The notes beneath the pieces were generated by a model. That model was given only the letters and a program-made list of their open reading frames with translations. It made no database searches and was not told the origin of the DNA. A stretch of DNA of 64,000 bases from Chiloscyllium plagiosum (Eukaryota), in assembly GCF_004010195.1 (NCBI RefSeq), contig NC_057719.1:69898719-69962718 (forward strand), given 5' to 3'. This document shows positions 37,617-50,731 of the stretch, in pieces (position 1 is the stretch's first letter; the number at the start of each line of letters is the position of its first letter). Position numbers and translations under genes: made by a program.

Positions 37617-39025
37617 GAGAACTTCCTCTGCACCCTCTCCAAAGCATCCACATCCTTTTGGTAATATGGTGATCAAAACTGTATGCAGTATTCCAAATGT
37701 GGCTGAACCAAATTCCAATACAACTGCAACATGACCTGCCAATTCTTGTACTCAATACACCATCCGATGAAAGCATGCCGTATGCTTTCTTGACCACTCT
37801 ATAGACCTGCGTTGCCACCCTTTAGGATTCAATGGACTTGAACACCCAGGTCGCTCTGTACATCAATTTTCCCCAGGGCTTTTCCATTTACTGTATAGTT
37901 CGCTCTTGAATTGGATCTTCCAAAACGCATCACCTCACATTTGCCTCGATTGAACTCCATCTGCTACTTCTCTGCCCAACTCTCCAATCTATCTATATTC
38001 TGCTGTATTTTCTGTAAATCTCCTTCACTACCTGCTACTTCACCAATCTTAGTGTCATCTGCAAACTTGCTAATCAGACTACCTATACCTTCCTTCAGAT
38101 CATTTACATATATCACAAACAACAGTGATATCCCAACACGGATCTCTGTGGAATACCACTGGTCACAGTTCCCCATTTTATGAAACTCCCTTACACTACT
38201 ACTCTCTGTCTCCTGCTGCCCAACCAGTTCTCTATCCATCTCGCTAGTACATCCTGGACCCCATGCAACTTCACTTTCCCCATCAGCCTACCATGGGGAA
38301 CCTTATCAAACGTCTTACTGAAGTCCGTGTATATGACATTTACAGCCCTTCCCTCATCAATTAACTTAGTCATTTCCTCAAAGAATTCTATTAAGTTGGT
38401 AAGACATGACCTTCCCTGCACAAAACCATTTTGCCTATCATTGATAAGCCCATTTTCTTCCAAATATAAATAGATCCTATTTCTTAGTATCTTCTGCAGC
38501 AGCTTCCCTACCACTGACATCAGGCTCACTGGTCTATAATTACCTGGATTATCCCTGCTACCCTTCATAAACAAGGAGACAACATTAGCAAACCTCCATT
38601 CTTCTGGGACCTCACTCGTGTTCAAGGATGCTGCAAATATATCTGTTAAGGCCCCAGATGTTTCCTCTCTCACTTCTCTCTGTAACCTGGGATAGATCTC
38701 ATCCAGATCTGGGGGCTTGTCCACCTTAATGCCTTTTAGAATAATTTCTTCCCTCCTTATGCCGACTTGACCTAGAGTAATCAAACATCAATCCCTAACC
38801 TCAATATCCGCCATGTCTGTCTCCTCAGTGAATACCGATGCAAAGTAGTCATTAAGAATCTGACCTATTTTCTCTGACTTCATGCACATCTTTCCTCCTT
38901 TGTCCTTGTGTGGGCTAACTCTTTCTCTAGTGATCCTCTTGCTCCTTGTATATGAATAAAAGGCTTTGGGATTTTCCTTAACCCTGCTTACTAAAGATAT
39001 TTCATGACCCCTTTTAGCCCTCTTA
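37617..39025 (-). mobile_element. CR1 LINE RT fragment
   Basis: ORFs 38191..38784, 37964..38239 and 37519..37818 give PGNYRPVSL, NGFVQGRSCLTNLIEFFE, YTDFSKTFDKVPH and KFADDTK, with frameshifts. Confidence 0.92.
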
Positions 39026-39626
39026 AGAGTCTAGTTCAGTGACTTCCCATGTATGGTCAATGTCAGTGAATAGACCTTCAAAATATATCACCTACACACC
39101 ACAAAGACAATTTCTCATGCTGCACAATGCATCACAGAACCATCGTTCACCCAACAGAAATCAGGACTTATGCCCAACATTCAGAGACTCCACGGCACGC
39201 ACACATAATGCTGCAGGCTTTGCATTTACCACTTGCTGCTTCCCCATTCCTCCAGCTGTTCTGTGGTGGAAGACACATCACCCAAACACAATACAAACTA
39301 ATTTGCAATCTCCACTCTCTCTTGAAAGACAAGAGAGTCACGGAAAACAGCTGAGAATAGGTAAGATTCGGATATGCCTTCATCAACTGAATTGGAAGAG
39401 ACAATGCTCTGTATCATGGATGACTGTGATTGAGACAGTTGTATCCAGTGTCACTAAGATTTTATAATGGTTTAATGATCCTGCCTTGTGTCCTTCTCAA
39501 ATTCTAATTCCTCCTCATCTTGCTGACAGGCATGAAATACAAACTTCAGATGGTGTAAGCATGGAACTCTTTATTTCTACCTCACTCGTCTCCTTCCAGA
39601 TTTTTGCTGTTTAGGACTCAAAAACT

Positions 39627-39797
39627 GGGTCAGCATGGTGGCTCAATGGTTAGCATTGCTGCCTCAAAGTGCCAGGGTCCCAGGTTCAATCCCCGCCTCG
39701 GGCAACTGTCTGTGTGGAGTTTGCATATTCTCCCTGTGCCTGCGTGGATTTCCTCTGGGTGCTCCGGTTTCCTCCCACAATCCATTGATGTGCAGGG
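39627..39797 (+). mobile_element. tRNA-derived SINE, 5' half
   Basis: A box TGGCTCAATGG, B box GGTTCAATCCC, then a tgtgtggagtttgcat core. Confidence 0.85.
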
Positions 39798-39999
39798 CAG
39801 CCAATGCACTTCATCATTAAGAATGTGAGTGACTTAATATCTCTGATGAAGAGACATTTTCATTTGAATGGATGCGTGCAAACACTATCGCACAAGTACC
39901 ATCAGGGTAATACAGAATTAGGATCGGGACTTGCTGAGTCATTGGGCAAAAGTGGCTGCAGCTAGGCCAGGGAAGTAAGATGCAAGGACACATGAATGA

Positions 40000-40660
40000 G
40001 TTGCAGGGGTAGGCTATTCAGCCTGTCAATCCTGCTCAACCATTTAATAAGATCATGGCTGATTTCTTTGTGGCTTCAAGTCTACTTTCTCCTCTGACTC
40101 CATATGATCCTTCTTTCCTTGCTGATAAAGAGCCTTTCCATCTCAGCTTTCAGTATATTCAATGATCCAGCCTTCAGTGCTCCCTGGGAAATAGAATTCC
40201 ATAGACCAAGAGGAAAAGAATATTTTTACCTGAGTCTTAAGTGGGTCAGTACTCATTTTCAACTGTCTCCTTGTTCTGGTCTTGCCCAGAAGGGGAAACA
40301 TCCTCTCAGTATCCACCCTGTCAAGTTCCCTCAGGATCTTATATTTGAATTAGATTCCCTCATACTATTCTAAATCCCCATGGGTATGGGCCCAACCTTT
40401 AATCATGAGATTCATTTGAGTGAATCTTCCCTGAACTGCGACCAATACAGTCATATCCTATCTTAAGTAAGGAGACCAAAACTGTGCATAGTACTCCAGA
40501 TGCAGTCTCACCGAGACCTTGTGCAGCTTCAGCAACATTTGGAAACCTTTATACTCAGTTCCCCGTACACCAATTTCTGATATTCCATTTTCTTCCTAAT
40601 CATGTGCTATTCCTGCATACTAACCCTCTGTGAATCATGTGGCAAGGGCCCAAATCCCTC
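40000..40660 (-). mobile_element. Old CR1 3' fragment
   Basis: Plus-strand ggagaccaaaactgtgcatagtactccagatgcagtctcacc is the reverse complement of an LEY.xQFWSP-type motif. Confidence 0.7.
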
Positions 40661-41925
40661 TGTGTGGAATTTTCCCCTCCCTAGAGTGAGGGGGTCAAGG
40701 ATGAAACAGTGAGAATGAAAAACTTGATGCCTTGATCCTGAGAAAAATAAAATTCCTGATTTTCCTACTAGCTTTAAAGGGCTACATCATGTCAGAGACA
40801 TTAAATTTCCAACATACATAATTTCCATGGCACTTGCAATTTCCTCCCCTTGTCGAAGAAATTAGCATGAGCAAGTATCTGCCAATTACTTGTCAGGGCC
40901 ATCATTCAACTCTGCCTTTGCCTCAACATCCTTGCATGCTGCTTGTCTACCATGGTCTTTGAACAACAGCAAACGACCAACCCCAACACATTATCATACC
41001 TGGTCTTGGACCAACTCAAACACCACTTCAGCACTTCCAACAATTCAGTTTAAGCTCAGGGACACCTCAGACTTGCATGCATCTGCCAGGTCACTTTGCA
41101 CATGGGGACAGACATGTATCTCATGCATCTAATCTTATGGATCTTAGCTTGATTTCTGAGCACTCACTCACTTTGCATATACTTGGAGGCTATCAACCTC
41201 TGTGGCATGTACTACCTTTTAGAGCAGAGAGAGGTGCAAGCAGCTTGTTACAGTGGGAATTACTGAATGGTCAATAAGTGGAAAGCATTGAGTTCCATCA
41301 ATATCACCAAAAGTATGTGTCAGCAGTTTAACAGCAAACCCATAGCATATGCTTAAAGTAAATGACTAGGCTTGAAAGTCAAATGGGAGCAGCAGTTAGA
41401 TGGATCAAGGGGACTAGGAGCATTCAAGTATGCTACCACAGTTAAAAGGCATGTACAGTTTCTGTTCAGGGTTGACAACTGTTGATCAGTACCTGTCCTA
41501 CAGAGTCTGGGGATCTGCGTCCTTGCACTTGGTGGATTGGCCACAGTCAGCCCTAGAGGTCAACTGCAACCAGTTCGAGGATTACAGACAGGTCAGTCTG
41601 GGTGCTATAAAGACTTCAGTGTGAGGTTAAATTTTCCTGCAATGAGACAAAAGGAAGGATTGAATATAATGGAAGTGGATGTAAGAGCAGTTAGCGAAGG
41701 TGCAGGAGCAGCTGAGGTGGCTAGACATCCTGAGTGAGTGAGTAGGAAGCACAGAAGGTTTAGCATATGGAATGATGAAGTAGGTGAGAGTGTACATGAA
41801 GCACGTCATAGTGAGAGTTGTAGTTTGTGAGTCTTGGTGAGATGAGTGTGCCGCGATAGAGCTTGATTGAGTGACAGCCTTGTTAGTGTGAGCTACTGGA
41901 GAGAAATGGTGGCTCTTTCCCTTGT

Positions 41926-42110
41926 CTACTTTTTGTAATGCTGGGTATTCGTTATAACTTGGGACTCAGCATTGACACATGTTGCTATCTGTGTCCAGGT
42001 TGACTGGGTCTGGTGGCATGGCATCCTTCAGTGGTCCACAGGAAAAGCACAGTCCTCCTCTCCAGTAACCCATCCACCAGCGCATCCAGGTCCCTATCTA
42101 CAAACTGGGG
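41926..42110 (-). mobile_element. Fossil PIF/Harbinger Myb/SANT-like ORF
   Basis: Manual translation gives PQFVDRDLDALVDGLLERRTVLF, then after a frameshift QTQSTWTQIATCVNAESQVITNTQHYKK*. This fits the F...L..LV...RR.VLF...W..IA..VN pattern of Harbinger-associated Myb/SANT domains. Confidence 0.6.
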
Positions 42111-43278
42111 TGGTTGGGGCAGGGAGGAGTTAACTTACCATTTTGGGGTCTGTCCTCAGTGATAAGGGGTGCGTACCACAATGTGAGGGTTAGTTACTGT
42201 CTTGCACGACTTGAAGAGGTGTGCAGCTGGTCTTCAAATATGGCACTATTTGCATAAATATCAGAGGTCTGGCAAAGGTGAACACTTCCACCTTTCCTGT
42301 TGCACAATTGCATAAGAAAGACTGATGGGCTTGCCTCTATAATTAATGAGCAGAGGGCTGTGAACAATGGCTGACTGGATGACATGAATCTGAACTGATG
42401 TAAATCCAACTGAAAATGGGAAAAATCAGCACACAGAGTTCTACAATCTCTCTTTGAAATAATACTGCATGTGCTAGCTCACCAGACAGCAAGGTTACAT
42501 ATTAGTTCTGCAACAAAGAATAACATGAGGATTTTGATGGTGGAAGACTACAGGAAAAAGCATGCATTGACAGGTATTTGATGCTTTATCAGGCTACCTC
42601 AAAGCCTGCTGTCATTGTCTGCGAGAACACAGAAATCTGGCTTTAACATAACACAGGATTTTGCGCAGAGATTGGAGTCCATCCTTATCAGCAAGGACAC
42701 AGTGGCAAACCCCAGTGCTGTACCAATGGTGGCTGTAGTTTCAGCTTCCATTGCTATACAGTCAGAAACCACAGAAACCATCCCAGTGCTGCAGTAGAAG
42801 CTCAGACTCAGATCAGATCAGCAAGCTCAGAGTGCTGCCATCAGGGCTACAGGTATCAGTGCTTAAAGGGCAATGCAGTGTCTCACAGCAATATGTGCTC
42901 CTGCAAATTGCTAGGATTGTTGAGATGCCCTGACAGAAATCCCTGAAGACTGCAGCAGTTCAAGAAGGCAGGTCACCATTATCTTCTCAATGACAATTAG
43001 GGATGGGCAATAAATGGCACTTACATTCCGTGAATGAGTATCAAAAAAAAGGCAGTGCAACACAATCCTACTATTAACTTTCTATCCACCAGCATTTGCC
43101 CTACTATCATTACCACTCTCCAATGCCCTTGCTATAGCCAACCAGCCCATGCCGCTGTCATCCATGCTGAGGTGGGACAGTCTGAAACCAGGGCCTAAAG
43201 GCCCGCAGTTATTTGCAGTCAGTCTGTAAAACCATCTACATTGTTGTGGTTCTGTTCGCCGAGCTGGAAGTTTTTGTT

Positions 43279-43318
43279 GCAAACGTTTCGTCCCCTGGCT
43301 AGGCGACATCATCAGTGC
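43279..43318 (-). ncRNA. Minimal type I hammerhead ribozyme motif (copy 1)
   Basis: RNA reads GCA-CUGAUGA-U-GUC(gCCUagccAGGg)GAC-GAAA-CG-UU-UGC: full core, 3-bp stem I, stem II and a palindromic AAACGUUU in place of stem III. Activity is untested. Confidence 0.7.
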
Positions 43319-43816
43319 TTGGGAGCCTCCTGCGAAGCGCTTCTTTGATGTTTCCTCCGGTGTTTATAGTGGTCTGTCCCTGCCGCTTCTGGTTGTCAGT
43401 TTCAGCTGTCCGCTGTAGTGGTTGGTATATTGGATCCAGGTCGATGTGTTTGTTGATGGAGTTTGTGGATGAATGCCATGCCTCTAGGAATTCCCTGGCT
43501 GTTCTCTGTCTGGCTTGCCCTATGATAGCAGTGTTGTCCCAGTCGAATTCATGTTGCTTGTTGTCTGCGTGCGTGGACAAAGTTTAAGATGGTGACGATC
43601 TCCTTCACACTTTGTGACACTTTTGATATGCATTCTGCCAAGTACTGCAAGCTCAGGACCAGGGGCGCCCCAATAGGAACCTCGATTATCTGAACGGGAT
43701 GGGCGGGCACCATTTTGTTCGGATAATTGATTATTCGGTTAATTGATTAAATGACTTTCCTCTGGGGCTTGGAGTTTTCTGTTGTGGTTCTGTTCGCCGA
43801 GCTTGAAGTTTTTGTT

Positions 43817-43856
43817 GCAAACGTTTCGTCCTCTGGCTAGGCGACATCATCAGTGC
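43817..43856 (-). ncRNA. Minimal type I hammerhead ribozyme motif (copy 2)
   Basis: Same core 538 nt away (CUGAUGA at 43847-43853, GAAA at 43824-43827), with one change in outer stem II. Confidence 0.7.
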
Positions 43857-44849
43857 TTGGGAGCCTCCTGCGAAGCGCTTCTTTGTTGTTTCCTCCGGTG
43901 TTTATAGTGGTCTGTCCCTGCCGCTTCCGGTTGTCAGTTTCAGCTGTCCGCTGTAGTGGTTGGTATATTGGGTCCAGGTCGATGTGTTTGTTGGTGGAGT
44001 TTGTGGATGAATGCCATGCCTCTAGGAATTCCCTGGCTGTTCTCTGTCTGGCTTGCCCTATGATAGTAGTGTTGTCCCAGTCGAATTCGTGTTGCTTGTT
44101 GTCTGCGTGTGTGGCTACTAGGGATAGCTGGTCGTGTCGTTTCGTGACGACACTACTATCATAGGGCAAGCCAGACAGAGAACAGCCAGGGAATTCCTAG
44201 AGGCATGGCATTCATCCACAAACTCCATCAACAAACACATCGACCTGGACCCAATTTACCAACCACTACAGCGGACAGCTGAAACTGACAACCGGAAGCG
44301 GCAGGGACAGACCACTATAAACACCAGAGGAAACATCAAAGAAGCGCTTCGCAGGAGGCTCCCAAGCACTGATGATGTCGCCTAGCCAGGGGAAAAAACG
44401 TTTGCAACAAAAACTTCCAGCTCGGCGAACAGAACCACAACAACGAGCACCCGAGCTACAAATCTTCGCACAAACTTTGAACCATCTACATTCTTTCTCA
44501 TGTAAGTTACTTGTAATGTTGCAACTACAGGGGTAGTAATGTACTGAATTTCGAAACCAGGCAAAAGCACTAAAGAAATGCACTCGGGTCACTTGTTGAT
44601 TTTTGTGTGTATTATTGGATAAAATTGATGCGAAATAAATTGGTTGCTTTTATTTCAGATATTTAGCCACTTGGAGGCTGTGATGGTAAATGAATGGAAT
44701 GAAACTTGGGAAATTGCAGAATAACTGTGATGTGGGAATTACATCTGAATTGGGCTCTGCTCACGGAGGATAGATGTCCAGATTCCCCTTTGTCTTGAGT
44801 TGGCTTCCAAAGGCCTGATGGTAATGACTAGGCCCCAATGATGACAAGT

Positions 44850-45535
44850 ACATATGGCAGACATGACAAATGCAGCAACACCCAGATGTGTACTGGAGGG
44901 CTGCCCATGCTGATCCAAGAAGTTGAACTGTTGTTTTGGGATGCTGATGGCCTGCTTCACAACATTCCTGGTGATATATAGCTTTCATCATTGACATACT
45001 GTCCTCCTGTGGTTGTGTTACAGTGGAGTGACATAATGAGCATGTATAATTGTTACCCAAAAATGAACTCCTGTTTCCGTGTGCTTTGTTCATTCAGTCA
45101 TGTGGTGTGGGCATCACTGCATTTATTGTACATCCCTAATTGCCCAGAGGGCAATTAAGAGTCAATCACATTGCCTTGGGTCTGGAGCCATATGTTGGCC
45201 AGACCAGGTAAGGATAGCAGTTTCCTTCTCTAAAGAAGACTAGTGAACCAGATTTTTTTTTTGACAATCGATAATGGCTTCATAGTTATCATTAGATGTT
45301 TAATTCCAGAGTTTTATAAATTCCACCATGTGTCCTCCATACCAGGGTTTATGGATTAATATGCTTGTGATAATACTTCTAGGCCGTTACCTCTCCCTGA
45401 ACTGACTGTCACATGATGGATGTATCAGGATTGCTGATAGGAAAGTGAGCATTCTCCTTAGGATCTTTTAGATGTGGGTGCACACTGATTAGACACTTTT
45501 GGAGTGGCAGCTTTTGTCATCCTGAAACATCTCGC
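44850..45535 (-). mobile_element. Fossil PIF/Harbinger (HARBI1-like) transposase, split by a SINE/LINE tail at ~45095-45400
   Basis: Manual translation gives EMFQDDKSCHSKSV*SVC.../NAHFPISNPDTSIM*QS (like FRNRKGFHSLNVQLVC...ARYPGSSHDAFILRQS) and NVVKQAISIPKQQFNFLD/AALQYT (like NVIEQTIGILKQRFRCLD..GALQYS). Confidence 0.6.
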
Positions 45536-48059
45536 TATTAATGCGTGGGGCCCACAGAGTCTTGTGCTTGAGGCTATTTGCATCCTACACTATTGGGAGT
45601 TCCACTGGGCTTTGGTCCTGTTGCTTCTCTCTGTTCAGGGAGAAGACAATGATTCTTCATCTGTACAGACTTCTGTCAACACCTGACACCGCAACAGTGA
45701 ACTTAGATGCTAATAATGTTAGCTACTTCCATATGGTAGGATCGATTGATATAGAAATCTAGGGATCACAATAATTTTAACAGGCACTGGCAGCATATTC
45801 TCTGCTCTGCTCTGCAGCTGCAGATTAGGTTGCAGAACATGGCACAGTTATGTCACCATCTCTTTGATAAAATGCCTCCAAAACTGCTTCTGGCTGAGAT
45901 GCAGGTCGGACAACTGTTCCCTAATGATCCTTTGTAGTTAGGGCTTTTCACTGAGTATCCCATTCTCCTCCTCCAATTGTACACAGCCACTCCCTGTATT
46001 GTGTTGCATATGCTCCACTTTCATGTTGTGCTGGAGAAGGACTGCATTTGTAACTCCAAATATAATGTGGCTTTCTTCTTAGGAGCCTTCTAACAATTCT
46101 GACCTTCTTTACCATTTCATTCAAAAATATTTGCTCAACTTCTTCAAGACTACTAAACGTAATAATTCTACTAGCAACACTGCAGCATCTGGGAGTTATG
46201 TGGTTTTGAATTTCAAAAAGCATTGGCACTTGAAATGCTACCAAAACCAATTCCATGGCCATGGTTTCTAAAACTCTCTAACACTGGGGTTAGTCTTATG
46301 GAATTTCAGAGTCTATTGTGGGTCAATTTTAAGGGATTGATTGATTTGATCAGCCAATAATTCCATTTTCCTGGCATCATGTGACTCTCAGTTTGGTAGA
46401 CAGTGAACTAGATAGGCAGAGTTTTCTTTGTCTAGTGATTTCTACGTTCCTTTGTCAACTTGTTTATTTCCGTCAAATCTGAGAATAATTTTCAGATAAA
46501 TATACTGCAAATCCTGGGCAGATACAATTGCATTTTCAACAGCTTAACACAGTGGTGTTATTATTTCTTTGTATCTCATTGTTAATAAGTGTGAAGAAAA
46601 TGACACTGCTCTTCTATATATTGCTATATGTGCTTGCAGTTCAGGATCTGCTTACTTTGAAGGGATAAAGGGTTAAATGTCAAAATTAATTTCCACGAGT
46701 ATGAACTTTACAAATATTTTCCATATTTACAAGGGTATATATTCTTCTATACATTGAAACATCATATTTTAGTGTGTGAATTAAGTTATACGTTAGTCAG
46801 ATATTTTAAACACAGCTTGATCTCACTGCACCAATATTCCATTGTCATTTACTTAAGTACTGAATATTATTGTCGCTTGTTGTTGGGATTGCTTACATTA
46901 AGCATTTCTATGCACAATAGAAAGTTGAAAAACTTCAATGGCTCCAAACAAACCCTGTCCTGTTATCTAGCACATTGTTATCTTGTAGGTAGATTTGGAA
47001 ATGTGTTGGTCCAGTTGATGCACAATCTAAGTCCCAGTAAATTCTGCACTCAGTGTTGTAATCTTTCACTGATGTTCTGAAATTACTTCCAATCCATTGC
47101 AATAAATAGCAGATTGCACTTGATGGCAACCATCATTCACAGATTTTAGACGCCACAAATACGGTCGTGATAAAATTATTTTGATTGTTTGAGCAAACCT
47201 AAATTTTGCTTTCAGTTTAAACATAATAGGAAATATAAAACATCACAGAAAAGCTTTCATACTTGTTAGTCCTTCAATCTGAACTAGATAGTCCAATTGG
47301 ATGCAGTTAACTCCTTTTCTGTTCAAATCAGGATTGTAGACTTTAAATTCATTTCTTTCCAATTTCATTATAACTGAATTTCATCGGAAGTTTTGTTTAT
47401 CTCATTGTTCAGGTGGGTAACACAAATAGTCAGAACATGTGCTTCTTAAAATTTAGACTACAACAATGCAGCTTTGTATACAAGAAGAATACTCCTATCA
47501 TTTGAAGATCATGCTTGATTGTCTTATAAAGAGAAGTTAAGGTCATTGAGACCAGCATATTTATATTGCCCAGTATTTGTTAGTAACTACAATGTGGTAT
47601 TTCACATTATAAATAGAATTATTCATTATTGTGAGTACTGCGTTCAAATTATAAAATGGAATTACTTTATAAAAGCTCCCTGAACATTTATTCCCTGCTG
47701 GAGACACTTACTATTTAGTATCCCTTCACATTTTCAATGGCTATCCAACACCTCCATAGGTATGATATGTTTACATTTTAATTTCCTTATAAATTATAAT
47801 GACTACATTGTTAATTATAATATAATTGCTTCTAACTAATGTACATTTCCCACGCCAAATGGATAGGATTCAAGATTCTTACATTGGAGTTTAGACAGAA
47901 TTTTCTTTTAGTCAGATGATGACTGACAGTTAACTGCCAAACTTTGTTTAAATTTAAGCCAGAAAATTGCTAACACCTATTTTGTTCAGGTGAAACAGGC
48001 ACAATGACTTTTTTACATGCTCTTTCTATCTGCAAAGAACCGTACCATGTATATTAATA

Positions 48060-48520
48060 TGAAACAAAGAACCACATATGTTGGAGACCTGAAACAAAAA
48101 TAGAAATTGCTGACAAAACTCAACAGGTCTGACAACATCCGTTGGAAGAAAGCAGAGCTAAGATTTCGAGTCTGGTGATCCCTCATCACAACTGATAGCA
48201 GTTGCATTAAAAAAATGATATTTATGCTGAAGGTGAGTTTGGGAGGGGGAATAGGGTTGAAGGGAGATGTGAATGGATAGGTGGAAATGGAGCTGAGAGA
48301 GAGATATGAAAAGAGTAGGCAAAAGTGGAGATTATGGATGATAGGCCAGAATAGAAGAGAAGCTGAATAAGTGATAATGACAGCTGAGGCTGGTAGAATG
48401 GGAAGTCGGCACTGAAAGCAAACCATGAATTGTGATAATAGGCCTGAGAGTGAGTGATGATGGGTGGGCTGTGCTAAAAGGAACCTGCATCATTCCAGGA
48501 TCAGGGTGTGACGTGGGTTT
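48060..48520 (-). mobile_element. Old PLE 3' region
   Basis: Family C-like terminal repeat (48060-48195) next to a purine-rich tract that mirrors the pyrimidine-rich PLE 3' region at 11430-11640. Confidence 0.55.
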
Positions 48521-50731
48521 AAAAAAAAAATCAACTTTCTACAACAGGGAGTTGCAAACAGACAAAGGAACATGATACTTCATAAAATCTACCACTGATT
48601 GGGATGCCTTACATACCTGGCCTTATGCCAGCATTACCATACAATCAGTGCTCACTTCTCATGAAGTACGAAAAGTTGCTCCCCTTTAAACTGGTATTCT
48701 TACCAACGCAAGGTGAACAGCTTTGACAAAATATGTTTTTTTCAGCAATGCTCAAGCTCTGTTCTACCAAACAACTATTAATTGTAAGTCGATCGATCAG
48801 CTACAAAGATCAAGGTTATAATATATTGTGTCCTAATACCAGGCTTTAAATTCAATAAAGTAGCATCTACGTTGTCAGCAGATATTTCAATTTCCCACAC
48901 GACTCATTCTTATAGGCTTAAGTGCTTCCTAATGGAGAACTGAACAGTTAACAGCTTTTTTACAGAATTAAAAGCTGGCAAAATACATGCTAAGTCTAAT
49001 TAGAATTCAAATTTATTTAGCAGTAGACAAATAATTTTCACCAAAAATGTCCTGACTTATATTTGTTCAAAACTATCAGATTTCCTTGAAATTGAAGATT
49101 AATTCATGAGATGTTGAGATATCTTCTTCCCACAGCTGTTTTCATTCTATTAAACTTTCAGATCTAGTGAAATTGGCTCGAGAATTTCAGTGCTGAATTA
49201 AAACATTACACAAGGCAGTCTATATGACAGTGTGATGCTCACAATTCTAGAAAATATACATAATTTTGTTTACTTAATTCAAAATTAAGATACAGAAAAG
49301 ATAATTTGGGTATGTTATTGTGACCATTATTCTGATCAAGATGAAGGATATTGGTACCACATGAAGAATCTTTTGTGCTTGAGAAAGTCCTGTTTTAAGT
49401 ATGCATTAGGTGCAGAATGTTGTGAATCCAATATACTTCAATTGGAACTGTATTCTAGTTACTGGGTTCCAGACTGACTATCAAGAATAAATAATCATGA
49501 AACATTGAGATGCATCAACAAACTATCTGGTCTACTGAGCCTCACACAATAACGGTGTTTGAAGGATCAAGATTAGGCAATTTACCTGCCAGCCCACATA
49601 CTCAGACATTCACCATTATTTATGTAATCTCTATGAATTATTAGGTGGGGTGAATCAAAAATAAACTAAGGCCAATCTAGGAAAATAAACTGTTGGACTA
49701 AACTGCTGGGCTGTGCAGACAATACGGTTTTGCTGTAAGTCTTCAGATATGTTTCTGCGAGTGGAAGACATTTTGAGTAGGTAGGTGGCTACTTTTAGTT
49801 ATTAGAATCTCTGGGAACCTGTTTTGAGTTCCTTCAGGAGTTGTAAGGGATTTCCAGAGTTTGATCCAGAATTTGCTCAAATTTTACCTCTACTCTTATC
49901 AGGAGGTTGTACGACCAGGACGGGAGAGGAAGGTACTGCACCTCTCCAGAGGCAAGTTGCTGTCTCTTCTATTTGAGAAACATGGTTGTGGGAGTAGGAA
50001 TGAGAAAGGGATATATATCCTGATGCTCTTGACATATAATACCTTCAAAGATGTTCAAAGTAGGTTATGGATATAACATTAGAGCATGTTAAAACTTAAT
50101 TTGATTTACCTAATAGGGTGAAGGGAGGGACAGAATATCAGACTCTGTAATAGAGCTGACTAAAGGAGAACACGAGAAATGGGTAAGGCAAATTACTGTG
50201 CTCACTACAATCGTTTAGATGAGTGAGCTAATTGTTTATGGGCATAAAAGAGAAACTCACTTCATTTGAAGATACAAATAGAGTTTCTGTTATGTTTACT
50301 ACTGCATGGTAATTACTATTTCCAATGTAATGAGGAAGCAATGTGCTTAATTGAGTGCATAATATGTGAAAGGATTTTTTGCCCTGAGCCTGTTGGCTGT
50401 ACATGATGAACTTAAAAAGAAGAATTTCGATAGCCATTTTCCCTCCTTACTACCCTGGCCTCAAACCAATTATCAAACTCTTGTTCTCAGACTGGGTACC
50501 TTTGCAAGTTATCATCTCAAAGGAAGGCAAGAAGTAAAAATTAATAAATGAGAAAAGAATCCAAACCATTGCAATAATCTCCCTTTATTTAGTAGCTATG
50601 ATTAGGATTGAAAATCAGATTTAAAATTACTACTTTGATAAGATTTTACCATTTTATTAAAAGAGCTTTTGATGAAAAAAAAACTAACATTCACATTCTT
50701 TCAAACAATGGTATGCGGTTTCTGGTGGCCT

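Larger units (their letters stand above)
43243..44479. mobile_element. Composite PLE insertion (family D): two tandem minus-strand 3' ends, an unrelated spacer, one inverted copy, 13-bp TSD
   Basis: Copies at 43243-43570(-), 43781-44146(-) and ~44147-44479(+) encode the GIY-YIG C-terminus HEFDWDNTTIIGQARQRTAREFLEAWHSSTNSINKHIDLDPIY. Direct repeat aaccatctacatt at 43230-43242 and 44480-44492. Confidence 0.9.
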
